64,000 bases of DNA from Selaginella moellendorffii (lineage: Eukaryota > Plantae > Lycopodiophyta), in NCBI RefSeq assembly GCF_000143415.4, contig NW_003314394.1, positions 186,042 through 250,041 on the forward strand, written 5' to 3'. The position numbers and the translations under genes were made by a program. The notes under the pieces were generated by a model. It worked only from the letters and a program-made list of their open reading frames with translations, searched no databases and had not been told where the DNA came from. Shown piece after piece: positions 1 to 12,869 of the stretch. How positions within the stretch are numbered: position 1 is the first letter of the stretch; the number at the start of each line of letters is the position of its first letter.

Positions 1-459
1 AATGCTTGACCAAGAAAATCAGATCATGTGTCAATAACTCGACGATCTATGCCGAAGCATCAAGATTATCACTATGAAGACCAAGCTCAACAACCTAGAG
101 TGGGATTTGGAGAATTTGACTGGGGGAGTGATGAAGAGGTAAATATTTTATCTTGTGTATCTTCCTAGGCAGAGCAAAAGAATGAAGTTTAAGCGAAATG
201 GAATTATACCTAAGCTTAGGCATCCCAAGAAGAAAATCCCGACCTAGGAAATGCTTATTATAAACAAACAAAAAGCAGTTCAGAATGGTTATAAAATCAT
301 GTAGTAGGCCAATTCCATTCCATTTTATTTTCCATGCTAAGTAATTCTTTTCCCATTTTTCTTCTCTTTTTCTCTTCTCTATGTTCTTGTCTCTGTTTAT
401 GTGTCACTATTTTGCAGGTAGGGGCAAGAATGTGAGTATAGGCACAAAAAACTGCACTC

Positions 460-880
460 AACATTTCTATAGCTGGAGCCCTTTGCACAATCTAGTGGAA
501 GCAAAAGAAAAGCATATAAGGCCTCAAATTTTAATATTAACCTACAAACATTTTAGGTCACATCTTAGAATATCAAGTATATAAATATTTTTCTATACTA
601 TTTTCTTATAATCAAGGTTGTAATGTTTCTTATCTCTAGAGTTTGCATGAGCTAGATCCATTAAATATCCAAAACCATACTTTTTTACATAACTTCATTT
701 TCTTAAAATATAATCTCAAGCAAAGTCTTCAACCACAACCAAAATAAAGTTCACTGGCAAGTCCAAATCCTGCACAGCCACAACCATCAAACACAAGGTA
801 GAACTCAATATGTGAGTCCAAGTCCTATCATCAAGCACAAACCAGTCAAGTCTAAGCATAATAAGGTGGTCTTAATTTTG
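460..880. repeat. Dispersed AT-rich repeat (decayed transposon), copy 1
   Basis: Segment 'aaattttaatattaacct..acattt.aggtcacatcttagaat.tcaagtatataaata...atcaaggttgtaatgtttcttatctctagagtttgcatgag' recurs at ~12870-13290 and ~22215-22430. No intact ORF. Confidence 0.7.
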
Positions 881-1140
881 TTAAGGACAACTCACCACCT
901 CTACCATATAAATGATATGAGAAATAACCCAATTGTAGCTAATGCAAAAAATGGGAGCTCCACAAGCAAAAGAAATTAGTGATGATAGCCATAGAAGTTT
1001 TTACAGTATAGGCAAGTTTGAGGAATTTCATTGCATACAAAAGAAAACATAGGATAAAATAAAATTACCATGAGAATGCTCATATAAAAGACTTATAAAA
1101 ATATATATCTTTGCTTGGGAGGTTTAAAGTGTATTTTCCA

Positions 1141-1292
1141 GTTGCGTATGGATATAATACTCACTTCTTTCTACCATGAACTCACCTAGATAAAATCACA
1201 ATAGGTTACTTGCCATATAAATCACAATCTAAACATCAATCATAATGCTCTATAAGTAGAATATCAATACTATCTTTTCCATCGTCCCTCTA
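1141..1292 (-). pseudogene. Isolated decayed fragment of the MVD gene (parts of two exons and the intron between them)
   Basis: 'ctcacttctttct.cc..gaactcacctagataaaatcacaatagg...aatcacaatc...atgctcta....ctatcttttccatcgtccctct' aligns with MVD at ~29320-29502 and with the MVD pseudo-copy at ~23470-23625. Confidence 0.75.
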
Positions 1293-1303
1293 TCGGTGGA
1301 GGC

Positions 1304-1991
1304 TTTATAGGGATAGTGAGTAAGTTGGATATAATTGACCAACTTAAGGCATAGTTTAGTTCTTACTTAGGTGTTTGTACTTGTTTTACATTTGGTTTGA
1401 ACGTAAACTCAAGCTTTATACTATGTTAGCTGATGGAGTAATTATATCCTCACATTAGGCCACTAGTATGTTGAAATAATGTCAAACTCTATTTGGCTTT
1501 GTTTTATAGGGTAGTCTTAGCATTAGAATGCTAAATGTTCTAAAATTGTTCCTAAATCACTCCTTACTTGCTTATTGAACTATGTGCTTAAGAATTGTTC
1601 TATTTTTCAATTCTTTTGCTCCTTGGCTATATGGCTAAGAATTTGGCTTTGTCTCTTTGATCAGTGGCTCAAGGCTCTAAAACTCAAGTTTTACTTCTAC
1701 AAACACACACAAAACACGAGCAAAAGCCACATTTTTTGAGAGCTCGGGCTCCGGAAAAAAAACAGCAAACAGCCATACCTTCTTTGATCTTGTCCAGTGC
1801 TTGGTAGAGTGATTTCTCTTGGTGCCTGCGTAGATACTGCACTAACACACATGTAGATTCCACTACTCTTGGTCCATATGTCCAAGGGTTTAAGTTCCAC
1901 TTTGTTGCCCTTGGTCCACGTGTTCAAGGGCGTAAGGGTTTTCCTATAGTAAATCACAATAGGGTAAAGGGTGAAAATTGCATACATTACA
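1304..1991 (+). mobile_element. Degenerate LTR (family 1)
   Basis: Homologous to the LTR at 19067-19588: 'atagggatagtg' near the start and 'gggtaaagggtgaaaa...taca' at the end. Its downstream flank 1992-2240 is also shared with 21374-21640. Confidence 0.65.
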
Positions 1992-4900
1992 TCATCTTAG
2001 TCCTAAGAGATAATATTTAGGACAAAATAAATATAGAATTGTATTAGATTGTAATTTTGGGCCTGAGAGCAATACACTGTATTGAGGATAATTTTTATAT
2101 TCTATAGATATGCCTAATTAACAAATCTAGGCATTTTTCATAAATAACCAATAGGACTAAAATAGGACCAATATATAAGGCATATTAGTAAGAGTGTCTA
2201 GCGAGTTATCAGTGATATTAATGGATTAGTGTTTAATAGTTTTTTTTATGAACTTTAGATCATAGTGGATCAATTAACAAAGTATATGAAGTTGATGGCT
2301 CTAAAAGACTATCATTACCTCAAACTTGGCTACAGTCTCATTGGAAAAGGTATTCTTTATTGCAAAAGGACATTATTTGAAAAAACTTAAAGTTCACCAA
2401 TGGATTTTATAAAAAATTTGCCAAGGCTTCAAAGTTCTTCAGTGGAGATCATCCTTAAACAGATAAATAATGTTACATTACCCAACTATAGGGACAATGG
2501 AGTCTATATCTTTTATTAGTTATTGTGAAAAACACAGTTTTTTTACCTTCTCAACCACAAAAAAGGTCTTGCCATAGAGGGGTCAAGTAATATTTCCATG
2601 ACCACCAAATTCCCTGGGACGTGTTCATGTCCAATTTATGTAGTTGCCAACCTTGCCAACAACTATTTCCATCCTTTAGTTATTGTTGTAAGAATAGTCG
2701 CCATCTTGGTGATATCTTGCATGCAAGTCTCCAACCATGGCAAAGAATTGTGATGAACCAAAAAAGCTGAAGCAAATGAAGAGGAATTAAATATTTGTGC
2801 TCTTTTGTTTTACCTTCCAAGATAGCTACCTCAACAGTGGCTGGTTCCTTCCAGCAATATTTACCCAAATGTGGATGGAGGGCATCAATATTTGCACACC
2901 ACCCTAAATCTTATTGCATCTGCCCTTTTGTCTTAGCATTTTTTAATATACATCTAAAATAGTGCAGAAGGGGAAGAAAGAGCTGGAATTGAAATCTACC
3001 ACCTATTGCAGAGTGACACTGAGCTGCAACGACAGATCTTAGCCTGGAAGTGACAACCTGAAATATGCCATATGCAAATCCTTTTGGATCACCATCACTG
3101 CCAAGAACAACTGCACAACTTCCACATGCAATCTGGAATTTTCTTCCTAGTCCCCCATTCTATCTCTAATTTGATGTTCTAGCCCTAGCTTGATTCTGGT
3201 GTCATGATGGATTATAATAATGGCTAAATAAAATTAAAGTTTTAAAAGCATGACATCCAACTCAGCCTAATGTTTCAAAAACACAATGTATTTTGGCATA
3301 TTTAAATTGTTAGTAACATGCTCTTATGCCCTAGAATAGAAAATGGGTGTAATTTGTTATAGTTATTTAACTACAAAATTAAAGTTTCATAAGTTTGCTG
3401 TTTAGATCCATAATATTGAAGCTCCCATCTTACATGTAACCATAATAATCATGTTTGTTTGACGCTGAATTAAAATATCTTAGTATACAGTCAACATGAT
3501 GATACATTTCTTGCTGAAATACTTCATTTACTTGAGATTATAATATAAAAATCCCAAGTCTTAACAATTGATTAGTAAAGTGACTATTTAATCAAATCTG
3601 AGAATAAAATAACTAAAATATTTTATAAACTAAAAAGATTTCTTTTATAAAGTTAGCCTTTTAGTCTAAAGCTTTATGTTGGTAATATTCATTATTTTTC
3701 CTTGCATTCTTTTGTTTTTTATAGATAACATCTTTACACCTTTAGTATCTTCTTTATTCAACACTCCTTTAAATGTTTTGTAAACAAAGTAAGAAAATTT
3801 GTTATTATTAAGGGTGTAATGAATATTCATAGAATATCCAGAGTTTAGGTATATTCTAAGTCTTAATAATCTTGGAAAATTTTGGCACTGGCATTCTGTT
3901 CGATGTTCCTTCCTAGCATATCGCGATGTCTATTCTTCTTTTTTATAGGGGTTCGAAGTTCCACTCGATTCTTTGCTTCTTGAGCGATAAGAAGCGAAAA
4001 GCCAAGCACAAGGAGGGCAAGGTTCTTCGCGAGTTCTTGCGAAGATCCAGGCAGAGCAATAGCTGGAAGAACTTCTGAGGCCAGTTGTCGTGAGTGATTT
4101 GGGATGACAGCGACCACAGATTCTAAACGTCTTGTTTCTCAGATACAAGGGGACTTGCAATCGCTGAGGGAGGATATCTCTAGCGTCGAGATCGAGCTGC
4201 TCAAACCGAGACAAGCTGAAGTGGCGTTTTCTTTTGAGTGCCCGGCTCCCGACTGTCCAGCTCAAGAGCACCTCTACAACCGTCGTGCGGTTCCTTCCGG
4301 GCAGCCTGCTTGGCCCTCGAGAGGTCCTCTCGTGAAGAAAAAATGGCTCCAGCTTATGTGGCTTTGGCCGTATACAGTGGCTATGGTTGCAGATCATGCA
4401 GTGAAGCAGCTAGAAAGAAATGGACATTTAAACAAAGGGAGTTTGGATAATCAGCTATTGTTCTGATGTCGATCAAATTCTACAAGTACATAAAGCAGCT
4501 TGGGAGCCACGGTTTGTATTGTTTCCTGTAACATACAGAACGTAGTAACCTTTGACAAGGAACCGTTGGGCTGGAATGCAAAGATGAAAATAACACTATA
4601 GGAGCTGTCAAAAGATTGGAGTACCTGCATGACAACACAAGGATTTCACATCTTACTTGGAGAACTTATTACATAGAATTATAAACATGATAAAGAAAAC
4701 AGCGTGAAACACAAACCCGAAAATCTCTGGCAAATCAACGACTTACCTCCGCGATCAGCTTCAAAACTGTACCAGTCAGAGACATCGAGATTCCCCCAGT
4801 TTTCTCGCCCCCGGACTTGGAAAAAGACATCAAATAAACTTCCAGCCCACTTTCCTTGCAGCAAAAACCATCCCCGCAACGCAACTTGCAAGCCCTTATG

Positions 4901-5607
4901 CCACAAAGTCTTGAGAAGATTCTCACATGCAAATCCTGTTCGATCCAGCTTAGACAAAACCAACGAAACGAAGAATAAAATTAAAAAGCCCACCTCCCAA
5001 GCAGCGCAGCACGACTTTCGAGCCTAGATCCCAACTCGATTCCCGCAGAAAGTCAGCTCTCTACACCGAGACAAGGTCGCCATGGAAGCTGATGATCATG
5101 CAAGCAAGTCCTTCCTGTTTTTGTTGCTCTCGTCACCTCTCCACAATTCTAGCCCGAAAGGTAGACGCCAAGACGAGTACTTTCGAAAAAAAAGAGGAGT
5201 ACTTGCCGGTACATCACCACTGCATCTTCGCCGAAGCATGATAGGCTTGTCCAGCGCGCCTAGTCAAATGGCCTGCGGTGGGCTACAAAAGCTTTGTTTA
5301 CTGCGGCTGCGTGGCTTGAGGTCAACTCCTTGCCGCCTCTTCATCCTCATCTCTTCAGCAAATCCAACTTGCGGAGTTTTAGTACTTGTTTAGCTCGCTC
5401 CGCAAGCTACAAAAGAAGCACAAGAGTTAGGGAAAGAAATGGAAAGAAATGAGCCACTACCTTTCCGGACGAATGCGTACGGGTGGAAAAAATGCCATGG
5501 GCCTCCTCTGGGAATATAAAAACACGCTCCGCCAGAAATATTAGCTAAAAGCTCCCCTTTTCTCCTTTGTCTTCCTCCGCCTCTGGCAGTGGCTCCTCTG
5601 AAATATC

Positions 5608-7204
5608 ATGGCGAATGTGGTGCGAATTGCCGAGACGAGAGCGATGCTCAACGCTCTCGGCCCTCGTCCCGACTCCAAGCTCGTCGAGGATGCGCGCGAG
5701 GCACTGGACGTGATCGATGACTACTTGGCTCAGCAGCTCGAGGCACTGTCGCGAGAAGCCAAGCCGCCGAGCACCACCGCGGAGGAATGGGAATCGATCA
5801 TGGTCTGTGCTGCTGCTCTTTCTCTCGTCTTGGATCTTCCAGCTTCTAAAGCTTTGGCTTTTCGTCTTTTCTCTTTCGCTTCGTTGTCCAGGCCGAGAAG
5901 GAGAACGAAGCCATCGAAGCCGCCGAGGAGGAGAAGCTGCCTTACAAGTCGACAATTCAGCTGGACGAGCTCCACAGGCTCTACTCGGGGATGCTCAAGA
6001 GCGCCGAGTCGTCACCATTTGCCGTGCCTGGATCCCCGATCCGGAGCCCCATGAGGCCGCTGTATATCACTGACGACATCGACGATGATGTTGCCAGAGT
6101 CCTCCAGGACGCTTTCGATACTCGATCTGATAAGCTGCTTCTTTCGTCTCGCCGTGTTGCATGCCTGCCCGAGTCACTGGGACGGATCAAGTCGCTGTCG
6201 CTGATCAATCTCTCCACCAATTGCCTCGAGGTAGCTTCGGTTCCATAGATCATAGATCGTTGTTTCGTGTTCATAGATGTTTGACTTTTTCTTTCTCTCG
6301 GATCCTCCTCTCCAGGCTCTTCCCGATTCGTTGTCTCAGCTCAGCAATCTGATAACGCTCGATGTCAGCTCCAACCAGCTCACCACCCTGCCGGATTCCA
6401 TCCGCTCGCTCAAAAAGCTTCGGTTTCTCAACGTTTCCGGAAACGCTCTCAAGAGCTTGCCGGATTCGCTCGCACTGTGCTTGTAAGCCACCTTGGTTCT
6501 TCTCTGTTTTGCCTGTGCCGCGTCTCACGGCAGTGGTTTTGCTCTGTTGCAGTTCTCTGGTGGAGCTCAACGCGAGCTTCAACCAGCTGGAAAAGCTTCC
6601 CCCCAACATCGGCTCGCTCTTCAACCTCGAGAAGCTGTCCCTCCAGCTCAACAAGCTCAGCATGCTTCCGGCGTCCATTGGCGACCTGACGTCCCTCAAA
6701 GTTCTCGAGATCCACTTCAACAAGCTCGTCGCACTCCCTTCCTCCATTGGCAACCTCAAGGACTTGGAAGTCCTCAATTGCAGCAGTAACTTCAACAGTC
6801 TGACCACTGTTCCCAGCTCGCTCGGAGATCTCTACTGCCTCAGGGAGCTCGATCTGAGTTACAACCAGATCCGGGAGCTGCCACTTTCTTTCGGACGGCT
6901 GCAGAAGCTGAGAAAGCTCAAGTTGGACCAGAATCCTCTCGTTGTGCCCCCTCCGGAGGTGGTCGATCACAGCCTTGAAGCGGTTCTCGAGTACATGGCC
7001 GAAAAGTGGCGGTCTAGTATGAAACTCGACGATGAACACGATCGTGCTGGAAGTAATACGCCGGCTCGGGTTGTGACAAATGGCGGTTCGAGGGTCATCT
7101 CTTGGCTCGGAGGAATGTGTGCTGCCGGTACCGAATTCAGACGTCCATCAAGTAAGGTGCTCAGTTGGCATCGGTCACCAGACCGCTATCTCGAGCAACT
7201 CTAG
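5608..7204 (+). CDS. PIRL: Plant intracellular Ras-group-related LRR protein (PIRL1/2/3/9 class), 4 exons (~5608-5802, 5892-6230, 6316-6482, 6553-7204)
   Basis: N-terminal 'LGPRPD...V..AR', 'QLDELHRLY..ML..AE', repeated 'LPDS/LPSSIG.L..L..L' LRRs, 'SSNF..L..VP.S.GDL', and C-terminal 'NPLVVPPPEVV...EAVLEYM'. GT-AG introns keep the frame. Confidence 0.9.
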
Positions 7205-7535
7205 ATTTAAATAGGAAAAGACAGAACAAAAAAAAAAACGAAAACTCTGTGTTAGACTGAAGTTGTATATGAATGAATCAATAGAAGAAGAAACGCAGTA
7301 CATACATGTACCTGTCAGTAGGCAGAGATGACCTCTCGCCCTCGGCGATAGCGATGGAGAATTCGTGCATCATAGTCAAGTGAATATGGTGCCATGCCAA
7401 ACGAAAGGTGGTCCCCTAAATGCGGAAAAAGGCTGCTCATAATTCCAAGAGAACGATAGCACCGTTTCAAAGCCAATCGACGACAACAACACCATGCTCT
7501 GGCCCAGAATGGCCAGCACACCAAAGAGCGATGTT

Positions 7536-9752
7536 TCAGTATTCCTGTAACTTGACAAAGTCAGTACAGTGATCGCGTATCGACCAGGCTAAACCTTGCG
7601 TTTTCTCTTGTTTGGGGAGCCAAGTGTTCCGTCCAGATCATCCGGATTCTCATGCTTCATCACGTCAGACCCCAAAATCTCATGAAGTCCGTCAATTCTT
7701 GCGTTTGAAAGCTTGGGCGACCTGAGGGTGCAAGCAACGCATGTCAGCGGCCGAGAAAGTAATATTCAAACGTACGCTTGAACACCAGGGAGGTGTAAAG
7801 ACGATGCTTGCTGCTGTAAATGCTGCATAACCTGAGAGTGACTTGAAGCTTGTATTTGCTGAGGAATCCATGGCTGCTTTGTCAGTGTTGACACATACGG
7901 TTTCATTTCGAAAGTCGTATGATCCTCGGCCTGCCGTTTTGCTCGAAGAGACGGCAATTGTTTCTTTTTTAAAGGGTTCTCTAGGTACATGCTGCGCTGA
8001 AATGCTGCCAGATTCCGCGACTGTGCCTGGTTTTTGGAAATCGGCAAGAATAGTCATTCCGTGGCAGAAAAAAAAAAAAGAAAACACCAGACTTACGTGT
8101 AACTGATGCAACTGGTTACTCATTTGCGCATCTATTTGTACTACTTGAGAAGTACGACTTTTTTCGTTCTTCAAGTATTCTGCCAGATCTCGGAGACTGC
8201 CAGAGAGCAAAAAAAAGAGATATGAAAACGTCATCTTTAGCACGGCCAAGCAGTTTACCTTCCTCCAACATCGGAGTTTTCCCGGGCAGGATGAGAAACA
8301 AGCCTCTGAATGAACATCCTGAGCAGCTCGTCCGTGGATAGATGCTTCTGGTAACTATCAATCAGCATTCTCAGCCAGCTCCCTAGCTTTCGAATGTGCA
8401 AAGCCATCACCTCAGAGAATATCTCCATCGGTACCTGTCTTACGCCTTCGAAACCATGAGTCTCGAGAATTCTCGCAATCGTCTGCTGGCTTAGAATCTC
8501 TGCATCTGCTGACGACACTTTGGCTTTCCTCGCTGATGTCCCTGATCTCACAAGCTGGCTGGAAAGTCCAGATAAAACGGATGCCTCACCACCGGCAGCA
8601 GATTCCAGGGACTGCTGAAGACTGCAAGCCCCACTCACGCATGTGGCGGGGCAAGGATTCTCCGGAACACAGCTCGAAATGGACGTCAACTCCGGAAGAA
8701 TGCTGAGCTCGCCATCGAAAGATTCCTGTTCCCTTTCGTGGCCCAACGATATATCGTTCCCGGCTGAAAGGTGTTGTCTCTTTAGAGCCTTTGTGGTCAG
8801 CTTGAGAAAGGCTGCCATGCCTTCGGGTGTTCGTTTCAGTGCCTCCTGATCGGAAAACGGAAGTTTCTGCTGAGCCAGACGCCTTGCGAGACGGTTCATC
8901 CTCTCGCTAAGGTGTTTGTCAAACCATTGGTCGTACCACAAGTCACAGTCCATGCTGCTCTTTTCTGCATCGAGCTCGCGAGAGCTTCTGGAAAAAAGCT
9001 TCGACTGCTCAACGCCACGAAAACCAGGACTGCTTCGTCCCTAAACCAAAGACACTCTGCCTTAAAACGGAACCACCAAGAATGTCACAAACCTGTTTGA
9101 TGGTATTGATGGCAGTCTTTCGCAGCTGTGATTTTTGCTTCCCATCCCCTACTGCAAAATGCGGGCTGCAAGAGAACGAAAAGAAAGAGTCTAGCCAATC
9201 CTTGGAACAATCCCCACCTCAAAGTATCGCGGTTGTCCAATCCATACTTCAAAACAAAGAAGGGAAAACTTAAAACGAGAAAGACTTGTTTCTCTAGCTA
9301 AAATACCTTGGCTTGAAGAGCAGCCATGGTAGGAGCTCTCTCTGCCTGGAGTCTGACCCAGTCCGAGGCGTCGTGTTCCAGAGTGAAATAGACGCTGTCG
9401 GGCTGGAGCTGTAGGCCTGATAGGAATCAACACAGCTTATTCCCTCCAAACTCCTTTCGATCAATCAAATCAATCAATCCGTGACATAAAACTTACTGGC
9501 GGGGGAAGAGATCCTTGTGTCCTGGAGCTCGAGCGCCTTGTCATAGAGAAGAGCACGCACCCGGAGCTGTAAGCGCAAGCGGCCGCTGTTGCTGCCATCG
9601 TTTCCTCTCATGAATGCCGACCAGGCGGAGGGCGTGGCAAGGTGGATTCGCAGCTCCGAGTAGAGGTGATCGCCCAGCCATGGCCTCCACGCCGCGATCG
9701 CCTCCAGATCGCTGGCGAGCTGGAACCCATAGTCGCCCTGTAATATCCCCAT
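7536..9752 (-). CDS. At5g65540-like plant protein with a bromodomain-associated (TAF8/Spt7-type) histone fold; multi-exon
   Basis: N-terminus 'MGILQGDYGFQLASDLEAIAAWRPWLGD..Y......LATPSAWSAFMR...LQLRVRALLYDKA', 'WYDQW', 'KRTPEGM', histone-fold-like 'QQTIARILETHGFEG....PMEIFSE....HI.KLG..LR.LIDSY', and C-terminal 'IDGLHEILGSD.MKHE'. The stop is at ~7590 or ~7536 depending on the last splice. Confidence 0.75.
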
Positions 9753-10186
9753 TTTAGGGTGCATGTAAACCACAATTCTAAGTATTTACGAACTTCAACT
9801 TGGCATTCTTACTATAACGGTATTATTCAAGTGTAGTTATTAAATATTTCTAAGAAAAAGGTTTTGTAAACATGAGGTTTCTTATACGAGTTTTCTGTGA
9901 TAAAAAAAAAAAAAACCATATGCATACAGGTTTTTAAATTTGAAGAACCCTATAAAAATCTTGCTTTGAGAGGTATATAAAAATATCTTCAGAAAGGTCC
10001 TTTTAATAAAGTTGTAAAAATTAAAGAAATTTTAACAGCTTTTAATAACTTTATAAAAGAAAACTTTATAAATTTTTCTTTAAAATGTCTTTTATGTGTA
10101 ATGATATTTTCTTTAGTTACATGTAAATCATGTATTTACATACACACAAAGCAATTTAAAAGATAAATTTCTAAAATATAAATAGA

Positions 10187-11119
10187 ATGCTTTATATGTT
10201 TATATGGTTATTAACAGTTAATTTAGTTTGTAATGCCCAGCCACCTCAAGCAAGATGGAGCACAGAATATGACCATTTTTCTAATCGAGATATGTTTACA
10301 TTAATAAATAGGCTTATGTATTTAATTGACAATATAAATCCAAATGAGTTATTACTAATCGGTCAGGGAATTTATTATGGATATGAAGTTTCTGTTGGTC
10401 AACAAGCAGTAGCAATAAGGGTTTATATTAGTCCATTTGATATAAGAAATTATTTAAATTGTAATCCACTTCCACCCAACACTCAATTTCATTCTTCAAT
10501 TGTTCGTATTATCTTTACTCAAATGTTACGACTTCTAGAATATCATGTTTTTCAACATGCTCCAAAAAGTATGATGGTAGTATATAGATACTTTTCAATA
10601 GATTATTATGCATTTGGAAACTCTACAAGACATCCTAAAGAAATATATCCTCATGTTGATTATCCTAAAGGCTTACCTGATGATAATAATCAACCTGGAA
10701 ATATACATAATAATCTTGAATATGACAACTTGCAATGTTGGCCATATCGCACACAATTAATAAGTGGCCCTTTAAAATTTCTTGGTACACATATAATAAA
10801 TAATAATGCTTTAATATCTTTAAATAATAAATTTAAAGTAAAATTAAAAAATTGTAATTTGATAGTTCAAGATCTTACAAATTATGAGACAATATGGTCT
10901 ACTATGTCTTTTAGATATAATACATTTTGCTATCTTCATCTTCAAATTGATGGACATTTACTTATCATTGATGATAAAAGTAATATTATATGGAAAACTA
11001 ATGTTTTTTGTCAAAATTGTTTATTATTTGCTGTTTTAACAATTGAAAATAATGGATATTTAACTGTTAAATCATATTCCAATGGCCTTAAGAAGTTAAT
11101 CTGGACAAATAAACCTTAA
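10187..11119 (+). CDS. Secreted protein: signal peptide, unknown N-terminal domain, C-terminal bulb-type (GNA/B-) lectin domain; intronless and very AT-rich
   Basis: 310-aa open ORF with hydrophobic N-terminus 'MLYMFIWLLTVNLVCNA'. The C-terminal three-repeat beta-prism pattern 'LISLNNKFKVKL.NCNLIV....IWST...CYLHLQIDGHLLIID....IIWKTN....LTIENNGYLTV....IWT' is typical of B-lectin. Confidence 0.7.
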   Translation: MLYMFIWLLTVNLVCNAQPPQARWSTEYDHFSNRDMFTLINRLMYLIDNINPNELLLIGQGIYYGYEVSVGQQAVAIRVYISPFDIRNYLNCNPLPPNTQFHSSIVRIIFTQMLRLLEYHVFQHAPKSMMVVYRYFSIDYYAFGNSTRHPKEIYPHVDYPKGLPDDNNQPGNIHNNLEYDNLQCWPYRTQLISGPLKFLGTHIINNNALISLNNKFKVKLKNCNLIVQDLTNYETIWSTMSFRYNTFCYLHLQIDGHLLIIDDKSNIIWKTNVFCQNCLLFAVLTIENNGYLTVKSYSNGLKKLIWTNKP

Positions 11120-11539
11120 ATTAGAAATATATCTAACATATAAATTTAAATTGTATAATAAGTTTAATTTTTTTATAAATAAAATTAGTGTATGTATTAG
11201 TGGTTACGAAAAATATAATATGCTATAGAGCAAAATATATTATTACTCTTTTGACAACTATTAGTACACCAATTGTAATATAGATAATAGATTCTATGTT
11301 GTTTCACATATTTGTGATATCTTTGTATTTAATGCTATGTGAATCAAATCTCAAACCTCTACTCATAAGATTTAAACTCAATACTTGTTTGGCACATGAA
11401 TGGGCATCCATGCATATCCAGATTAGATTTTTGGGGTGGTGTTTAGGCTTTTTTAGGGTTTCTAGGGTTGAGTAGATGAGCACAAGGATTGAGCACGTGC
11501 AAAAGCAGCTATACCTGGGAGTAGGGACTAATGTGTCAG

Positions 11540-11990
11540 GCACAACAGCACCACTTGAGCCCTGAGCTGCCTCAGAGGCCTGAACACTTGACAGGCTTGA
11601 GAAGTGGTAAGCTAGTTATGCCTGCACTGCTGCATGTGCGTAAGCAGCACCGTGCCCAGATTGAGCAATGGTGAGCTGGGAAGTTAGAGCTGCCACAGGT
11701 CCCTAAGCAACACTGTTATGCCTAGTGCAGCACCTGAGGCAGTGGTGAGAGCTGTCATGGGGACTTGAGCAGTGTTATTGTACCTAGTGTGACAGTTCAG
11801 GTGATTCTGATTTCAGCCACCATAGGTTGCCAGAAGGCCCTAGCAACACTATTGTGCCTTACATAGCAGCTTAAATGGTGGTGAGGCCACCACAAACTGC
11901 TGTAGTGGCCCAAGCACTACTATTGTGCCTAACATGCCAACTTAGGCAGTGGCGAGCTTAGCCAAGCAATGAGTAGCTCAAGTGGTGCTT
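11540..11990. repeat. Degenerate short tandem repeats inside transposon-derived DNA
   Basis: Motif 'agca.cact.tt.tgcct.....agca.ct.aggcagtggtgag' recurs about 4 times at roughly 60-80 nt spacing. Confidence 0.4.
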
Positions 11991-12869
11991 AATTGCAAGG
12001 TTGCACCTCCAAGCAAGCAAATTGGTATTACATTTCTAGAGATGGTTTTTTTTTCCCTCAGCTTAGCCACTGGATTGTTAAGTCCCTTTTACTTCGTTTT
12101 GCACTAGCTTAACAAGAACCATCACATATTAATCCTTTAATATTGTTATATGATATTTTATTGTATCTACCATAGACATTTGCTAGTATGCCCCATGTGT
12201 TGGTCCCATTAATTATTTATAAAAAGTGTCTAGATCTATTAGAGATTGACCTACATACAAGATTCTCAATCTAGCACCAATTTATATTTAGTAAATTGTC
12301 AACTTTGTCCTAGAGACTATCTTTTGTGACTGGGTTGAAAGCCAAAAATGCCCAAATCAAGTTTTCATATAGGGAGTAGGGGGAGAGGTGTTCATACATT
12401 TTATAGATATACTTAATTGATAGATTTAAACACTTTCTATAAATAACTGATTGGATCAAAATATAATCAATACCAAGGGCCATGACAGCAAGAGTGTCCA
12501 TAGAAACTCTTTACGAAAGTGTTATTTTATGGAACTAAGCTACTCTGTAAATACCTCACTACATTAAGGTCAAATATGTAATACACTGTGAAATTATTTG
12601 TTATTGAACTCTTGAAATTAATCATAGAAATTGAGGTATTAAAGAAATCCAACATAATTACTTTGTTAAACTCTTCCAATAAAATAATTTGCTCTCCATG
12701 CCACATGTTTGACTCAAATATGCCCATCTTGCTCTTATTAAATCCTCTCTATTGAATTGTTAGAAGGTAGAATGTTTTGTTATTGAAGAGCTTGCTATTG
12801 CTAAAAATTCATTTGTGAAACTTCCTAAAATGATTTTTATAATAGTAACCCAAAGCAACTCCATAGCTG

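Noticed and set aside
2300-3150. Possible transposase or gene remnant on the minus strand
   Set aside because: Multiple stops and no recognisable motif, so no call can be supported.
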